This document shows, piece by piece, positions 1-8,113 of a stretch of 29,461 bases of DNA; the first letter of the stretch is position 1, and each line of letters opens with the position of its first letter. Below the pieces are notes generated by a model that was given only the letters and a program-made list of their open reading frames with translations, searched no databases and was not told the DNA's origin. This stretch comes from a virus. Lineage: Duplodnaviria; Caudoviricetes. The stretch lies in the IMG/VR virus record IMGVR_UViG_3300017658_000011, positions 1 to 29,461 of that record; one strand, 5' to 3'. A program made the position numbers and the translations under genes.

Positions 1-56
1 AAAACCTTCCGTGATCCGCTCGCGGAAAGGAAATTCTCATTATGTGAGCGGTTTTG
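1..56. terminator. Hairpin(s) downstream of the tRNA fragment, possible intrinsic terminator
   Basis: ccttccgtga/tcgcggaaagg (5-30) followed by TTTT on the minus strand; alternative stem ccgctcgc/gtgagcgg (16-51) followed by TTTTG on plus. Confidence 0.35.
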
Positions 57-80
57 TTCGCGGCTCTAAAAACAATATTA

Positions 81-123
81 GGGTGAGCAACGGGACTTGA
101 ACCCGCGACCCCCAGATCCACAA
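81..123 (-). tRNA. 3' half of tRNA-His(GTG), truncated at the anticodon loop; putative att core
   Basis: Minus strand reads TTGTGGA TCTGG GGGTC GCGGG TTCAAGT CCCGT TGCTCAC C: anticodon loop, stem, T arm, acceptor strand and the His-type C73 discriminator. The 5' anticodon stem (expected tctgg at 124 on +) is replaced by agttg. Confidence 0.9.
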
Positions 124-198
124 AGTTGTACCCCCGGGTTACAGAGAGGGTGGCGACAGCGCTATTTGTGCGGCAATTCAACTCAATAGGGAGGCCGC

Positions 199-477
199 AT
201 GAAATCCAACTCCGAACCCACCCTGACACCCGAACAGACCGCACTGTTCGACGAACTGCTCAAAGCGGAAAAGACCGTGAAGCGATTGCGGAAAGCCGAA
301 CGGCAAGCCCGCAGACTGCGTGAGCAGCTGGAAGCGGCCTTCGCCGGCCGGAAGGTGTGTCGCACTCCTGACGGTCGAATGATTTTGCGGATTCCGCGGG
401 AACGCGCTTACGATCCGCTGCCGGAAAAGACGGTGACCTGGTCGGAGTTCCAGGAAATCCCGGAATGGGATGCCTGA
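199..477 (+). CDS. Hypothetical protein, N-terminal coiled coil
   Basis: GGAGG RBS before ATG; stop abuts the convergent MTase gene. Confidence 0.75.
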   Translation: MKSNSEPTLTPEQTALFDELLKAEKTVKRLRKAERQARRLREQLEAAFAGRKVCRTPDGRMILRIPRERAYDPLPEKTVTWSEFQEIPEWDA

Positions 478-1356
478 TCAGGCACAGAAGTCGAGAAACT
501 TCTGCCGGTTGGCTCGCATGCCGGCCAGTCGCCGCGCAGCCAGGCCGAGATAGTCTTCCGCGACATCAATCATGATCCAGCGGCGGTCCAGCAGCTCGGC
601 CGCGATCGCCGTCTGACCGGATCCGCTGAAACAATCCAGCACTGTGTCCCCGGGGTTACTCCAGCTGCGGACATGGTCCGCTGCCAGTCGCAGCGGCATC
701 GCCGCCGGATGCTCATGCACTTCGGCATCCGGGGCCGTCTTGCGGAACCCGGTCGCGCACTGCCAGACGTTGGTGCGGCTCCCGAACTCTTGGCGGATTG
801 CTCCCCGATCGAACGGCTTTAACGTGCCGTCTGCCTGCCGCTCCGTTCCCTTGATCCGTTTGCCAGGCATGCCATTCCGGCGATCAGCAATCCGGTTGAA
901 CACCCGGGGAGAACCATGGGCAAAGATGAACATGTACTCGAATGAGGCATGGTAGCGGACCGAATCCGGGAACGGGGAAATCCGCTGATAGATCATGGTG
1001 TCATGCAGGCGCCAGCCGCAGTCCCGAAAGGCCAGGGCCTGCCGGAATGAGCTGCAGGATTCCGACCCGTCAATCACCTGATCATTGACGATCCAGACCA
1101 CGACGCCGCCCGGCACCGTCACACGCAGCAGCTCAGCGGCAACCTGATGCGGATTGAACTTCCGGACGCCGCGATAGGTTCGCAGAGCGTCATAGGGGGG
1201 ACTGGTCACAGTCAGATGGACCGATTCTGACGGCAGTTGCCTGATGCCATCGACAACTTCGCTACAGATGGACCGGCCCGGCAAAGTCGCCTGTGATCGG
1301 CAAGGTCCGCTTAATGCCCCTTGTTCAACAGTCCGAAACTGAGGTTTGCAATCCAT
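478..1356 (-). CDS. Orphan DNA methyltransferase, N4-C/N6-A, beta class
   Basis: Catalytic TSPPY precedes HPAAMP and the SAM-binding VLDCFSGSGQT; GGGAG RBS upstream. Confidence 0.93.
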   Translation of the reverse strand: MDCKPQFRTVEQGALSGPCRSQATLPGRSICSEVVDGIRQLPSESVHLTVTSPPYDALRTYRGVRKFNPHQVAAELLRVTVPGGVVVWIVNDQVIDGSESCSSFRQALAFRDCGWRLHDTMIYQRISPFPDSVRYHASFEYMFIFAHGSPRVFNRIADRRNGMPGKRIKGTERQADGTLKPFDRGAIRQEFGSRTNVWQCATGFRKTAPDAEVHEHPAAMPLRLAADHVRSWSNPGDTVLDCFSGSGQTAIAAELLDRRWIMIDVAEDYLGLAARRLAGMRANRQKFLDFCA

Positions 1357-1534
1357 GGTCGCTCCCGCGTCTTACACGCGTCGTTGCGACCTCTTGCCAG
1401 GTCGTGATGATGGCGTCAGGACCCCCGGTTGGCTGCAATCCATCCGGGGGTCTGCTCTCTGCCCTTGCCGGACCTGATTGCGCGACCGCTGCTGAATGGT
1501 TGACTTCTTTCACAACCATCCACAAGGCGGCTCC

Positions 1535-2209
1535 ATGCGTATCTGCATCGTCAATAACAGCCAGGTTACCGATCGCGACGTGCTGCATGCGATCCGGGCC
1601 ATCAATGCCCAGCTGGTGGACTTTGCGTATCACTGGTCCGTCATCGCCCAGCTGCGGCTCGAAGGGACCCGCGGCAAAAAGATCTCCATGAAAGAATTGC
1701 GAGGCGACGCCATCATCTATCTGCAGGATGAGTCGCCGACTGAGGCCCTGGGCTGGCATGATGCCGACAATTTCGGCGTGCCATATGGGGTGATCTCCAT
1801 GCGCGACGTGGCGGGCTGGACTGTCACGCTCTCCCATGAGGTGCTGGAACTGCTGCTGGATCCGCATGCCAATCGCCTGGCTGCCGGACCACATCCGACT
1901 GAGAAGCGAACGGTCTTCCATTGGTACGAGGCCTGCGATGCCGTGCAGGGACTCACTTATACGATTGCCGGCATTGAGGTCAGCGACTTCGTGTTGCCGG
2001 CTTATTTCACGCCGGCCGAAGAGAAGGGGCTGCGTCTGAGCTATCTGGGCGCGGACCTGAAATCATTCGGCGTGGCTCCCGGCGGATACATCGGGTTCTT
2101 CGATCCGCTGATGAACGATCATGACACCTATTTCGCGGAGGGATCCGCTGAGCAGGCCTTCAATCCGCAGGCCAGCCGCACCCGCCGCTATCTCCAGCTC
2201 GGCAAGTGA
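1535..2209 (+). CDS. Putative zinc metallopeptidase-like protein (HExxE...DP...E.CD)
   Basis: Motifs ALGWH, TLSHEVLELLLDP, YEACDAV, VSDFVLP; start taken at MRICIV. Confidence 0.65.
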   Translation: MRICIVNNSQVTDRDVLHAIRAINAQLVDFAYHWSVIAQLRLEGTRGKKISMKELRGDAIIYLQDESPTEALGWHDADNFGVPYGVISMRDVAGWTVTLSHEVLELLLDPHANRLAAGPHPTEKRTVFHWYEACDAVQGLTYTIAGIEVSDFVLPAYFTPAEEKGLRLSYLGADLKSFGVAPGGYIGFFDPLMNDHDTYFAEGSAEQAFNPQASRTRRYLQLGK

Positions 2210-2619
2210 GTCTCGCCATGAGTGCACCTGTTCCCGGTCTGACGGTCTCCGGCCGTATTGTGCGTGTCATCGATGGAGATACCGTCGAATTCGAAATCAC
2301 GCGCCGGATCCACGTGCGTCTGCTCGATTGCTGGGCGCCGGAAAGCCGTACCCGGGATCTGCGTGAGAAGAAGCGGGGGCTGTTCGCCAAAGCCCACATG
2401 CAAAAACTGGTGGAGTGCTGCAGTGAGGCCACGCTGTTCATTCCGGCCTGCTCCCGTGGCGATCTCTCCGGCCTGTTCACCATGGGCCGCGTGCTGGGGC
2501 AATTGTGGCGCAAGGGAGATGAACAGTCGCTCGCTCAGCTGCAGGTGCTGGCGGGTGCCGCCAGTCAGACGGACCCGCGGCAGAAAAAGAAACGGGTGCA
2601 GGATCCGACGGCAGCCTGA
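2206..2619 (+). CDS. Thermonuclease (SNase family)
   Basis: IVRVIDGDTV, VRLLDCWAPE and GRVLG motifs. Confidence 0.88.
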   Translation: MSLAMSAPVPGLTVSGRIVRVIDGDTVEFEITRRIHVRLLDCWAPESRTRDLREKKRGLFAKAHMQKLVECCSEATLFIPACSRGDLSGLFTMGRVLGQLWRKGDEQSLAQLQVLAGAASQTDPRQKKKRVQDPTAA

Positions 2620-2799
2620 TCAGGCCGCAGCGGATGTCTGCCCCGTTTCCTCTTCAATTTTCTCGGCGAGCCACTTCCTCAAGAGTTCTCTCTGACTCAA
2701 GCCCTGCGACCTGGCGAGATCACGGATCGTCGCCGCCTTTCGCTTTGGAACAAACAGAGTGATCTGCTGCATCACTTCTGAAAACTTCGATCGAAACAT
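2620..2799 (-). CDS. Ribbon-helix-helix (CopG-like) DNA-binding protein
   Basis: QITLFVP strand then IRDLARSQGLSQRELLRKWL helices. Confidence 0.7.
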   Translation of the reverse strand: MFRSKFSEVMQQITLFVPKRKAATIRDLARSQGLSQRELLRKWLAEKIEEETGQTSAAA

Positions 2800-2967
2800 T
2801 GCATGACCCTTCACAAAACGGGTTGACAGTTCCAAAACGACAGCGCGAGAGTTCTTCTCTCTCGGCAAGGATGCCAACGGCAACACCTGTGAAGGATCGT
2901 CGAGCCAGGTGTTGCCGCATTTTCCCCGCGCAGGCCGGTTCCGGCAACTGCACTTTCCCCACCTGCC

Positions 2968-3579
2968 ATGCTATCAATTCCTATGCTTCAGCCCGGTGAC
3001 ATTGCCGCGTGCTACGGCACGGATTTTGTCTCTCGCTTGATCCGGTTCGGCACTGGTTCACTGCGGCGGCCGATGATTGGCCCGTCGCATGTGGCCATGA
3101 TCGGCCGAGTCGGCACGCCAGGCCTGGCATGGTTCGAATCGACTTCGATGTGCCCGACACCCTGCCTCGTTCGGCATGAACATGTTGAAGGGGTGCAGGT
3201 GCAGATTCCGGCGGAACGGATCCGGCATTATCTGGCTTCGGGCGGCCGCGTGGAAATCTACCGGCCGGTTGAATTCCGCAAGTTCACACCTGAGGAATCC
3301 AAGGTCCTGACCAGCATTGTGCTGCGTGATTTCCTCGGCTGCCCCTATGACTTTGGAGGGGCGATGCTCGCCGGCACCCGGGCCTTCAAATGCTCGGCCC
3401 TGTTTCCCGGCGCGGATCTGCACTCGCTGTTCTGCAGCGAGATGCTGGCCGCGATTCTCATGCGATTCAACCGCCTGAACCATGCCAACCCGACCCGTTA
3501 CAGCCCGGCCTCGCTGATCCGGGAACTGCTGCAGACCGGTGTGTATCGGCTGGTCCATACGTTCCCGGTGGAGGTCTGA
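2968..3579 (+). CDS. Permuted papain-like amidase (YiiX/YaeF, permuted NlpC/P60)
   Basis: LQPGDI, SHVAM (His), PYDF, LFCSEM (Cys after His), SPASL. Confidence 0.85.
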   Translation: MLSIPMLQPGDIAACYGTDFVSRLIRFGTGSLRRPMIGPSHVAMIGRVGTPGLAWFESTSMCPTPCLVRHEHVEGVQVQIPAERIRHYLASGGRVEIYRPVEFRKFTPEESKVLTSIVLRDFLGCPYDFGGAMLAGTRAFKCSALFPGADLHSLFCSEMLAAILMRFNRLNHANPTRYSPASLIRELLQTGVYRLVHTFPVEV

Positions 3580-4923
3580 ATGTCCAATCTGCCATCCATC
3601 AAGCTGATCCGCAAGTATCGCCGCATGCACGAACTGCGGAGCCAAGGGAAGACGATGCAGGCGATCGGGGAGCAATTCGGCCACAGTCGTGGCCATGTCA
3701 GTCGCTGCATTCAACGCTTTCGCAAGCTGCTGCAGGCCGGGATGATTTCTCAGGTGTTCATGCTCTGGCTGTGCCTGGCTGCGACCACATTCGCCGCCGA
3801 CAAGCCCTGCCTGGACGTGTGGTGCTGCGGATCGCAGGCTGGCGAGTTCCAGCCGAATGAAGACGCCTTCTGGCGGGCTTATCAGGAGGACAGCGGGTTC
3901 CGCACGGCCCTGGATCAGGCTTATCACGTGCGGCGCGGCGCCATCAATAAAAGCGTCCCGTTCTGCATGTCCCAGGGGATTCGCTGCGGCCCGACATTCG
4001 TTTCTCCGGCGAAGCGAATTATTGGCTTTCGCGGCGCGGATGTGCTGCTCGGCGAACTGGGCCTGACGCGGAATAAGCCGGCGACCAGCTCGACGATCGA
4101 TACCACTGCGATCAAGGCGGACCTGGCCAAGGCCCTGCTGCAGGATGTGCAGGCGCTCGGCAAAACGCTGCGCGACGAACAGGCCGGAACCGCAGACGGC
4201 CTGCACGGCGAAATCGGCAGCCTGCTCAATCGCGTGGAACAACTCGAGCAACAGATGCAGCAGGCCGACTCCTCACTCTCCACTGGCCTGAACGGTTTTC
4301 AGTGTCAGTTCGAGCAAGTGATTGGACAGCTGCAGCAACTGAAATCCGATCGCGCTGCCCCGCCCCCTCCTGCCGCATCGAGCGATTCTTCCAGCGGCAC
4401 TCAAGCCCCCCCGGTGCCCTGGCTGGATCGTTCGGTGCGGATCTTTTCGGCGGTGATTTCAATCGGGCAGTTGCTCGGCGTGGCCAGCATCAGTGCTGGA
4501 TCGTTCGGGATCGCGGGACTGGTGATCTGGGGGCTGCGGCGGTTGTTCTCTGTCCGGCCGGCCGGTCCCGTGACTCCAGCGTCATTCCCGCAAGGCAATG
4601 CGACTGTGGCTGACGCGGCGACACCTGCAACACCGGCCAAGACCAGCAGAGCAGAATACGAGCTGGTCAACCGGATTAAGCAATACGAGGACGAAATCGC
4701 CGGCCTGCGGGAACAGCTGGCGAAGTCCTCACAGCAACTCGCCCAGGCGCAAACGCAGTCCCCGCTGTATGCGCCCTACGAAACCGAACTCTTCCGCGAA
4801 GCCTATGAATGGTCCGCGAAAGAGATGGCACGGAAGTTCCCGGGTGCGGTCGACACCCTGGAATCACTTCGCAATTTCATCGACCAATACCTGTCTTCTA
4901 AAGGCCGGAAAGGCAAAGCATGA
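3580..4923 (+). CDS. Multi-domain membrane protein: N-terminal HTH, signal/TM segment, Cys-containing thioredoxin-like region, coiled coils, second TM region
   Basis: GKTMQAIGEQFGHSRGHVSRCI HTH; MLWLCLAATTFA; GIRCGPTFV...IIGFRG; hydrophobic IFSAVISIGQLLGVASISAGSFGIAGLVIWG. Confidence 0.7.
   Translation: MSNLPSIKLIRKYRRMHELRSQGKTMQAIGEQFGHSRGHVSRCIQRFRKLLQAGMISQVFMLWLCLAATTFAADKPCLDVWCCGSQAGEFQPNEDAFWRAYQEDSGFRTALDQAYHVRRGAINKSVPFCMSQGIRCGPTFVSPAKRIIGFRGADVLLGELGLTRNKPATSSTIDTTAIKADLAKALLQDVQALGKTLRDEQAGTADGLHGEIGSLLNRVEQLEQQMQQADSSLSTGLNGFQCQFEQVIGQLQQLKSDRAAPPPPAASSDSSSGTQAPPVPWLDRSVRIFSAVISIGQLLGVASISAGSFGIAGLVIWGLRRLFSVRPAGPVTPASFPQGNATVADAATPATPAKTSRAEYELVNRIKQYEDEIAGLREQLAKSSQQLAQAQTQSPLYAPYETELFREAYEWSAKEMARKFPGAVDTLESLRNFIDQYLSSKGRKGKA
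3743..3760 (-). promoter_or_regulatory. 18-bp dispersed motif copy
   Basis: TGAACACCTGAGAAATCA. Confidence 0.65.
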
Positions 4924-5717
4924 AGAACGACGCATTTCTCTGGTACAACGTCGGCGACTGGTCTGGTTACGGACTGGCCGTCCCCAATTTTGGCGACGAT
5001 CAGACGAGTCAGAACGACACGATTCGGTACTTCACCGATATCATCGGTCGCAACCTGCAGGGGATCATGTGGCACACTGACTCCCGGCTGGCCACGCCGC
5101 CCTCGATCAACACGCTGCGGCGGATTCATAAGCTGTGCGTCCGGGCCCGCAACCTGTTCGCCGGACGGGCTGTGCCGTCCGGCACGAACAACATGGAATC
5201 GGCACATGCGATCCCCTCTCCGGAGGAGTTTCGCGTGTATCCGGTGCCGTACTTCACCGTCCGCAACCAGTGGATGAAACAGTACTGCGGCCTGATCCTG
5301 CTCTCGCTCACCGAAGCGATGCAGCACAGCGAAAACGCCCGGCCCCTGGAAATCTCCGAAGCCTTCGCCGGGCAGATCAGCCAGTACATCCAGCGGGTGT
5401 ATCGCACGATGGCCGTCGAACTGTTTCAGGTGCCGCTCGATGCCGCGAATGCGGCCGACTTCACCCTGACGGATGAGCAGCTGGCGGCTTACAACCCGGC
5501 CGCCTGGTTCACGTCAACCGAGCTGGTTGACACCGTGCCGGACCTGGCCAACTGGCCAACCGAAGACGATCTGCAGCTGCTGACGGACGGACTGCCGGTG
5601 TCGCAGCTGCCAGTTCTCGGCCGCTATCCGGCCGGCACTTCCAGCACCGGCAGCAGCTCGGGCAGCGCCAGCAGCAACTCGGCCGCGACGTCGTTCATCG
5701 CCGCCCCATCGGCTTGA
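4920..5717 (+). CDS. Hypothetical protein, Ser-rich C-terminal tail
   Basis: ATGA overlap with the upstream gene, strong GC3 codon bias, globular composition. Confidence 0.85.
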   Translation: MKNDAFLWYNVGDWSGYGLAVPNFGDDQTSQNDTIRYFTDIIGRNLQGIMWHTDSRLATPPSINTLRRIHKLCVRARNLFAGRAVPSGTNNMESAHAIPSPEEFRVYPVPYFTVRNQWMKQYCGLILLSLTEAMQHSENARPLEISEAFAGQISQYIQRVYRTMAVELFQVPLDAANAADFTLTDEQLAAYNPAAWFTSTELVDTVPDLANWPTEDDLQLLTDGLPVSQLPVLGRYPAGTSSTGSSSGSASSNSAATSFIAAPSA

Positions 5718-5915
5718 TCTGTTTCCGCAAGCGAGTCCGTTCGATAGGCCCAATTCATGTCACCGATCCACCTCGGCCGCAATCCCCGACTGTTCATCGG
5801 AACCGGCACCGAAGACGAGGTGAGTTGGACCGAAATCGAACTGGCACCGCGCGAAGCTCTCCGGGAGGGCGCATCCCGCCCTCCCGTTCTTTCCCTTCTC
5901 CCGCCCGTCACTCCC

Positions 5916-6107
5916 ATGCACCACCTCTGCCATTTGATGACCACGCTTGTGCTGCTCCTGCTCAAGGCGACCGGCGTGATCGACTGGCCGGTGTGGGTCT
6001 GCACCCTGCCCACCTGGGGACCGTTTCTGGTGTCCCTGCTGCTCCTCCTGCTCGCGGTCGGTCTGGCCACAATCTCATTTCTCTTCGACAAACTCTTTCA
6101 CAGGTGA
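5916..6107 (+). CDS. Small phage membrane protein (LK.TGVIDW.W-type); alternative start 5757
   Basis: LLLLKATGVIDWPVWVCTLPTW resembles a common phage 2-TM family. Confidence 0.65.
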   Translation: MHHLCHLMTTLVLLLLKATGVIDWPVWVCTLPTWGPFLVSLLLLLLAVGLATISFLFDKLFHR

Positions 6108-6110
6108 TCC

Positions 6111-6302
6111 ATGCAGCTTCTTTGTCAGTACGCGATCCTCGTCTGCCTCGTCTCTCGCTCCTGCTTCACGATCAGAGAACTGCACACCATTCCGCATGTG
6201 AAAAACGGTGAATTGCCTTATGGCGTGGCTCTGACCATCGCAATCGTTGTCTACGGTCTCCTTGGATCCCTGTACTGGGGCGCGGGAGCCTTGCCCTTCT
6301 GA
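6111..6302 (+). CDS. Small 2-TM membrane protein
   Basis: Two hydrophobic stretches, tight operon spacing. Confidence 0.55.
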   Translation: MQLLCQYAILVCLVSRSCFTIRELHTIPHVKNGELPYGVALTIAIVVYGLLGSLYWGAGALPF

Positions 6303-6628
6303 TGCCGGCTACTGATCCCTTCTTTCAAGCGGGCCTGCGAGCGGCCCGACAACACACCCGTGCCTTTGAGCGGATTCTCAAGGGCCATCAGGAGTCCCCG
6401 CGCGTGAACACTTTGCCGACGTCGATTCTGCCCGCCCTCGTGCTGCCCAGCCTGATTCAGATGTTCGGCGGCTGCGTCGATGTGGGGCGCAAGCAGCCCA
6501 TCGGGCGGGGCCGGATTGTCGGCTGGGACGCCGGCGGCGTGCGTCGTCTGCCACGGCGCGGACGGAATCAACTGTGCCGGTGTGATTCCGGACGAAAGTT
6601 CAAGCACTGTTGCGGAGGACCCGGATGA
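6302..6628 (+). CDS. SEC-C motif protein
   Basis: C-terminal GRNQLCRCDSGRKFKHCCG. Confidence 0.8.
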   Translation: MPATDPFFQAGLRAARQHTRAFERILKGHQESPRVNTLPTSILPALVLPSLIQMFGGCVDVGRKQPIGRGRIVGWDAGGVRRLPRRGRNQLCRCDSGRKFKHCCGGPG

Positions 6629-6720
6629 GCGGTGATCAGATTTTTGAACTGTGCAGAATGGCCTTACTAACGATGTCAATCGTGGCCCTCTGTTGCTTTT
6701 GGGGACGATTGACTGATTGA
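6625..6720 (+). CDS. 31-aa hydrophobic peptide
   Basis: ATGA overlap with the SEC-C gene; MSGDQIFELCRMALLTMSIVALCCFWGRLTD. Confidence 0.35.
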   Translation: MSGDQIFELCRMALLTMSIVALCCFWGRLTD

Positions 6721-6804
6721 TGACCGGCATTTCATCGCCCTGGAAAGCTTTGCTGAGCTGGTTCTCGTCGTGCTGGCCAGCCTGTTTCTGTATGGAGTCT
6801 TCGA

Positions 6805-7347
6805 TTGAGCGAACTGCCCGACTTTTCCGTGATCACTCGCGACATCGTCACCGATGATGATGCCGAATTGGCCATGCATGTGCTGTCCTGGATCAGCGCG
6901 CGCGAAGCGGCGGATCAGGCTGATCTGCGTGCGGTGACTGTCCGGAAACGGCAGGAACTCGTCGACAAATGCCGGATCGAATTCGAGGGCGTCTCGTTTT
7001 CATTCTCCGAAGTACGAAAAACGCTGACCGGCGAACTGGAAAAATTCGGTGCCGCGCAACGGGCTCGCCTGTTTGCGAAAAAGCAATCTGTGCAGTTCAC
7101 GCATGGAGTGATCCGCACACGCAAGGCAACGGCCAGCGTGGACCTGGCCCCCGGAGAAACAGTCGAGAGCGTGCTGAAGCGAATGGGAGATCTTCCCCAT
7201 TACCAACGCACCAGCGTCGCGATTGACCTGCAGGCCATCCGCGCCGATCGCCTCAAAGGGTTGCTGACCGACGAGACCCTGAAGGAGTGGGGCCTGGTGT
7301 TCGACGACGGCGAAGCGACCCAGAACATCACCATCGACCCAAAATAA
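6805..7347 (+). CDS. gam: Mu Gam-like host-nuclease inhibitor
   Basis: Helical N-terminus then KKQSVQFTHGVIRTRKA, IDLQAI, LKEWGL. Confidence 0.75.
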   Translation: MSELPDFSVITRDIVTDDDAELAMHVLSWISAREAADQADLRAVTVRKRQELVDKCRIEFEGVSFSFSEVRKTLTGELEKFGAAQRARLFAKKQSVQFTHGVIRTRKATASVDLAPGETVESVLKRMGDLPHYQRTSVAIDLQAIRADRLKGLLTDETLKEWGLVFDDGEATQNITIDPK

Positions 7348-7350
7348 GCG

Positions 7351-7617
7351 ATGCTCGATAATTACGAAGTGACAATCGCCGCTGTCACCGCCGTGGCCGC
7401 CGTCATCTGGTGGGCGGCACGCATGGCTTACAACGTCGGGCGCATCCGCACTGCCCTGGAAGGGACGCTGGTGCAGCACGGCAAGCAGATTCGCCAGTTG
7501 CGCCGTGGCCATCGCACCGTGCGGCAAACCGTTGAACAACACCAGCGGTGCCTGGCAGATCACGAACCGCGTATTTTTTCACTGGAACAATTTCGCAGCG
7601 GGGGGACAGTCCGCTGA
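7351..7617 (+). CDS. Single-TM coiled-coil protein, holin/XhlA-like candidate
   Basis: N-terminal VTIAAVTAVAAVIWWAA then heptads ending HEPRIFSLE. Confidence 0.6.
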   Translation: MLDNYEVTIAAVTAVAAVIWWAARMAYNVGRIRTALEGTLVQHGKQIRQLRRGHRTVRQTVEQHQRCLADHEPRIFSLEQFRSGGTVR

Positions 7618-7629
7618 GCAGGAACAGGC

Positions 7630-7953
7630 ATGTCTGTCACGTTACCAAATGGCGTCAAAATCGTTCTGCCTACGTCCGGCCCGGAACAATTTTGGGGAAC
7701 AATCGCCGAACATTATGCGGGGAATGACCGTCGGAAATGGAAGTATTTAGTCATGCTCGCCCTGCGTGAAAACGCCGGCTGGCCACTCGACTGGATCGGA
7801 GCTGCATTCGGCCACCCCAAAGGGCATGTGACCCGCTGCCTCAAAAAGATCAAGGAAGACCTGCGGGAGCATTTCAGCCAGGAGGAGCTGGATGTCGATG
7901 CGATTTCCGAACTCGAACCGCCCTACACAGATCATTGCGATCCTCAGGAATGA
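7630..7953 (+). CDS. HTH protein (sigma-70 region 4-like)
   Basis: GWPLDWIGAAFGHPKGHVTRCLKKIK. Confidence 0.75.
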   Translation: MSVTLPNGVKIVLPTSGPEQFWGTIAEHYAGNDRRKWKYLVMLALRENAGWPLDWIGAAFGHPKGHVTRCLKKIKEDLREHFSQEELDVDAISELEPPYTDHCDPQE

Positions 7954-8113
7954 CGGCGAGCGATATGTCTTTCTGTTCGACGAGCATCCGGCCAGCAGCG
8001 AGAAACTGCTGCAACTGGCTGGCCAATATGCTGCCGATCCCTCTTTGAGCTTCACCTGGCTCAATGCCTGCCAGGTTGCCTGGAAGCTCCGCGAACTCTC
8101 GAAGCAGGCCTAG
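7892..8113 (+). CDS. Small conserved hypothetical protein
   Basis: GGAGG RBS; ERYVFLFD...GQYAADPSLSFTW resembles a recalled Planctomycete-conserved family. Confidence 0.7.
   Translation: MSMRFPNSNRPTQIIAILRNDGERYVFLFDEHPASSEKLLQLAGQYAADPSLSFTWLNACQVAWKLRELSKQA

Noticed and set aside
81-200. Intact or intron-split tRNA-His
   Set aside because: No D arm or 5' acceptor strand nearby; the break precedes the anticodon loop, fitting an att junction rather than an intron site
478-2619. Restriction-modification system from MTase plus nuclease
   Set aside because: SNase-family enzymes are not cognate restriction endonucleases, and the genes are divergent and separated
3327-3344. Partial motif tgatttcctcgg (also a weak match near 6095-6110)
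   Set aside because: Only half of the 18-bp consensus matches; likely chance or RBS-related
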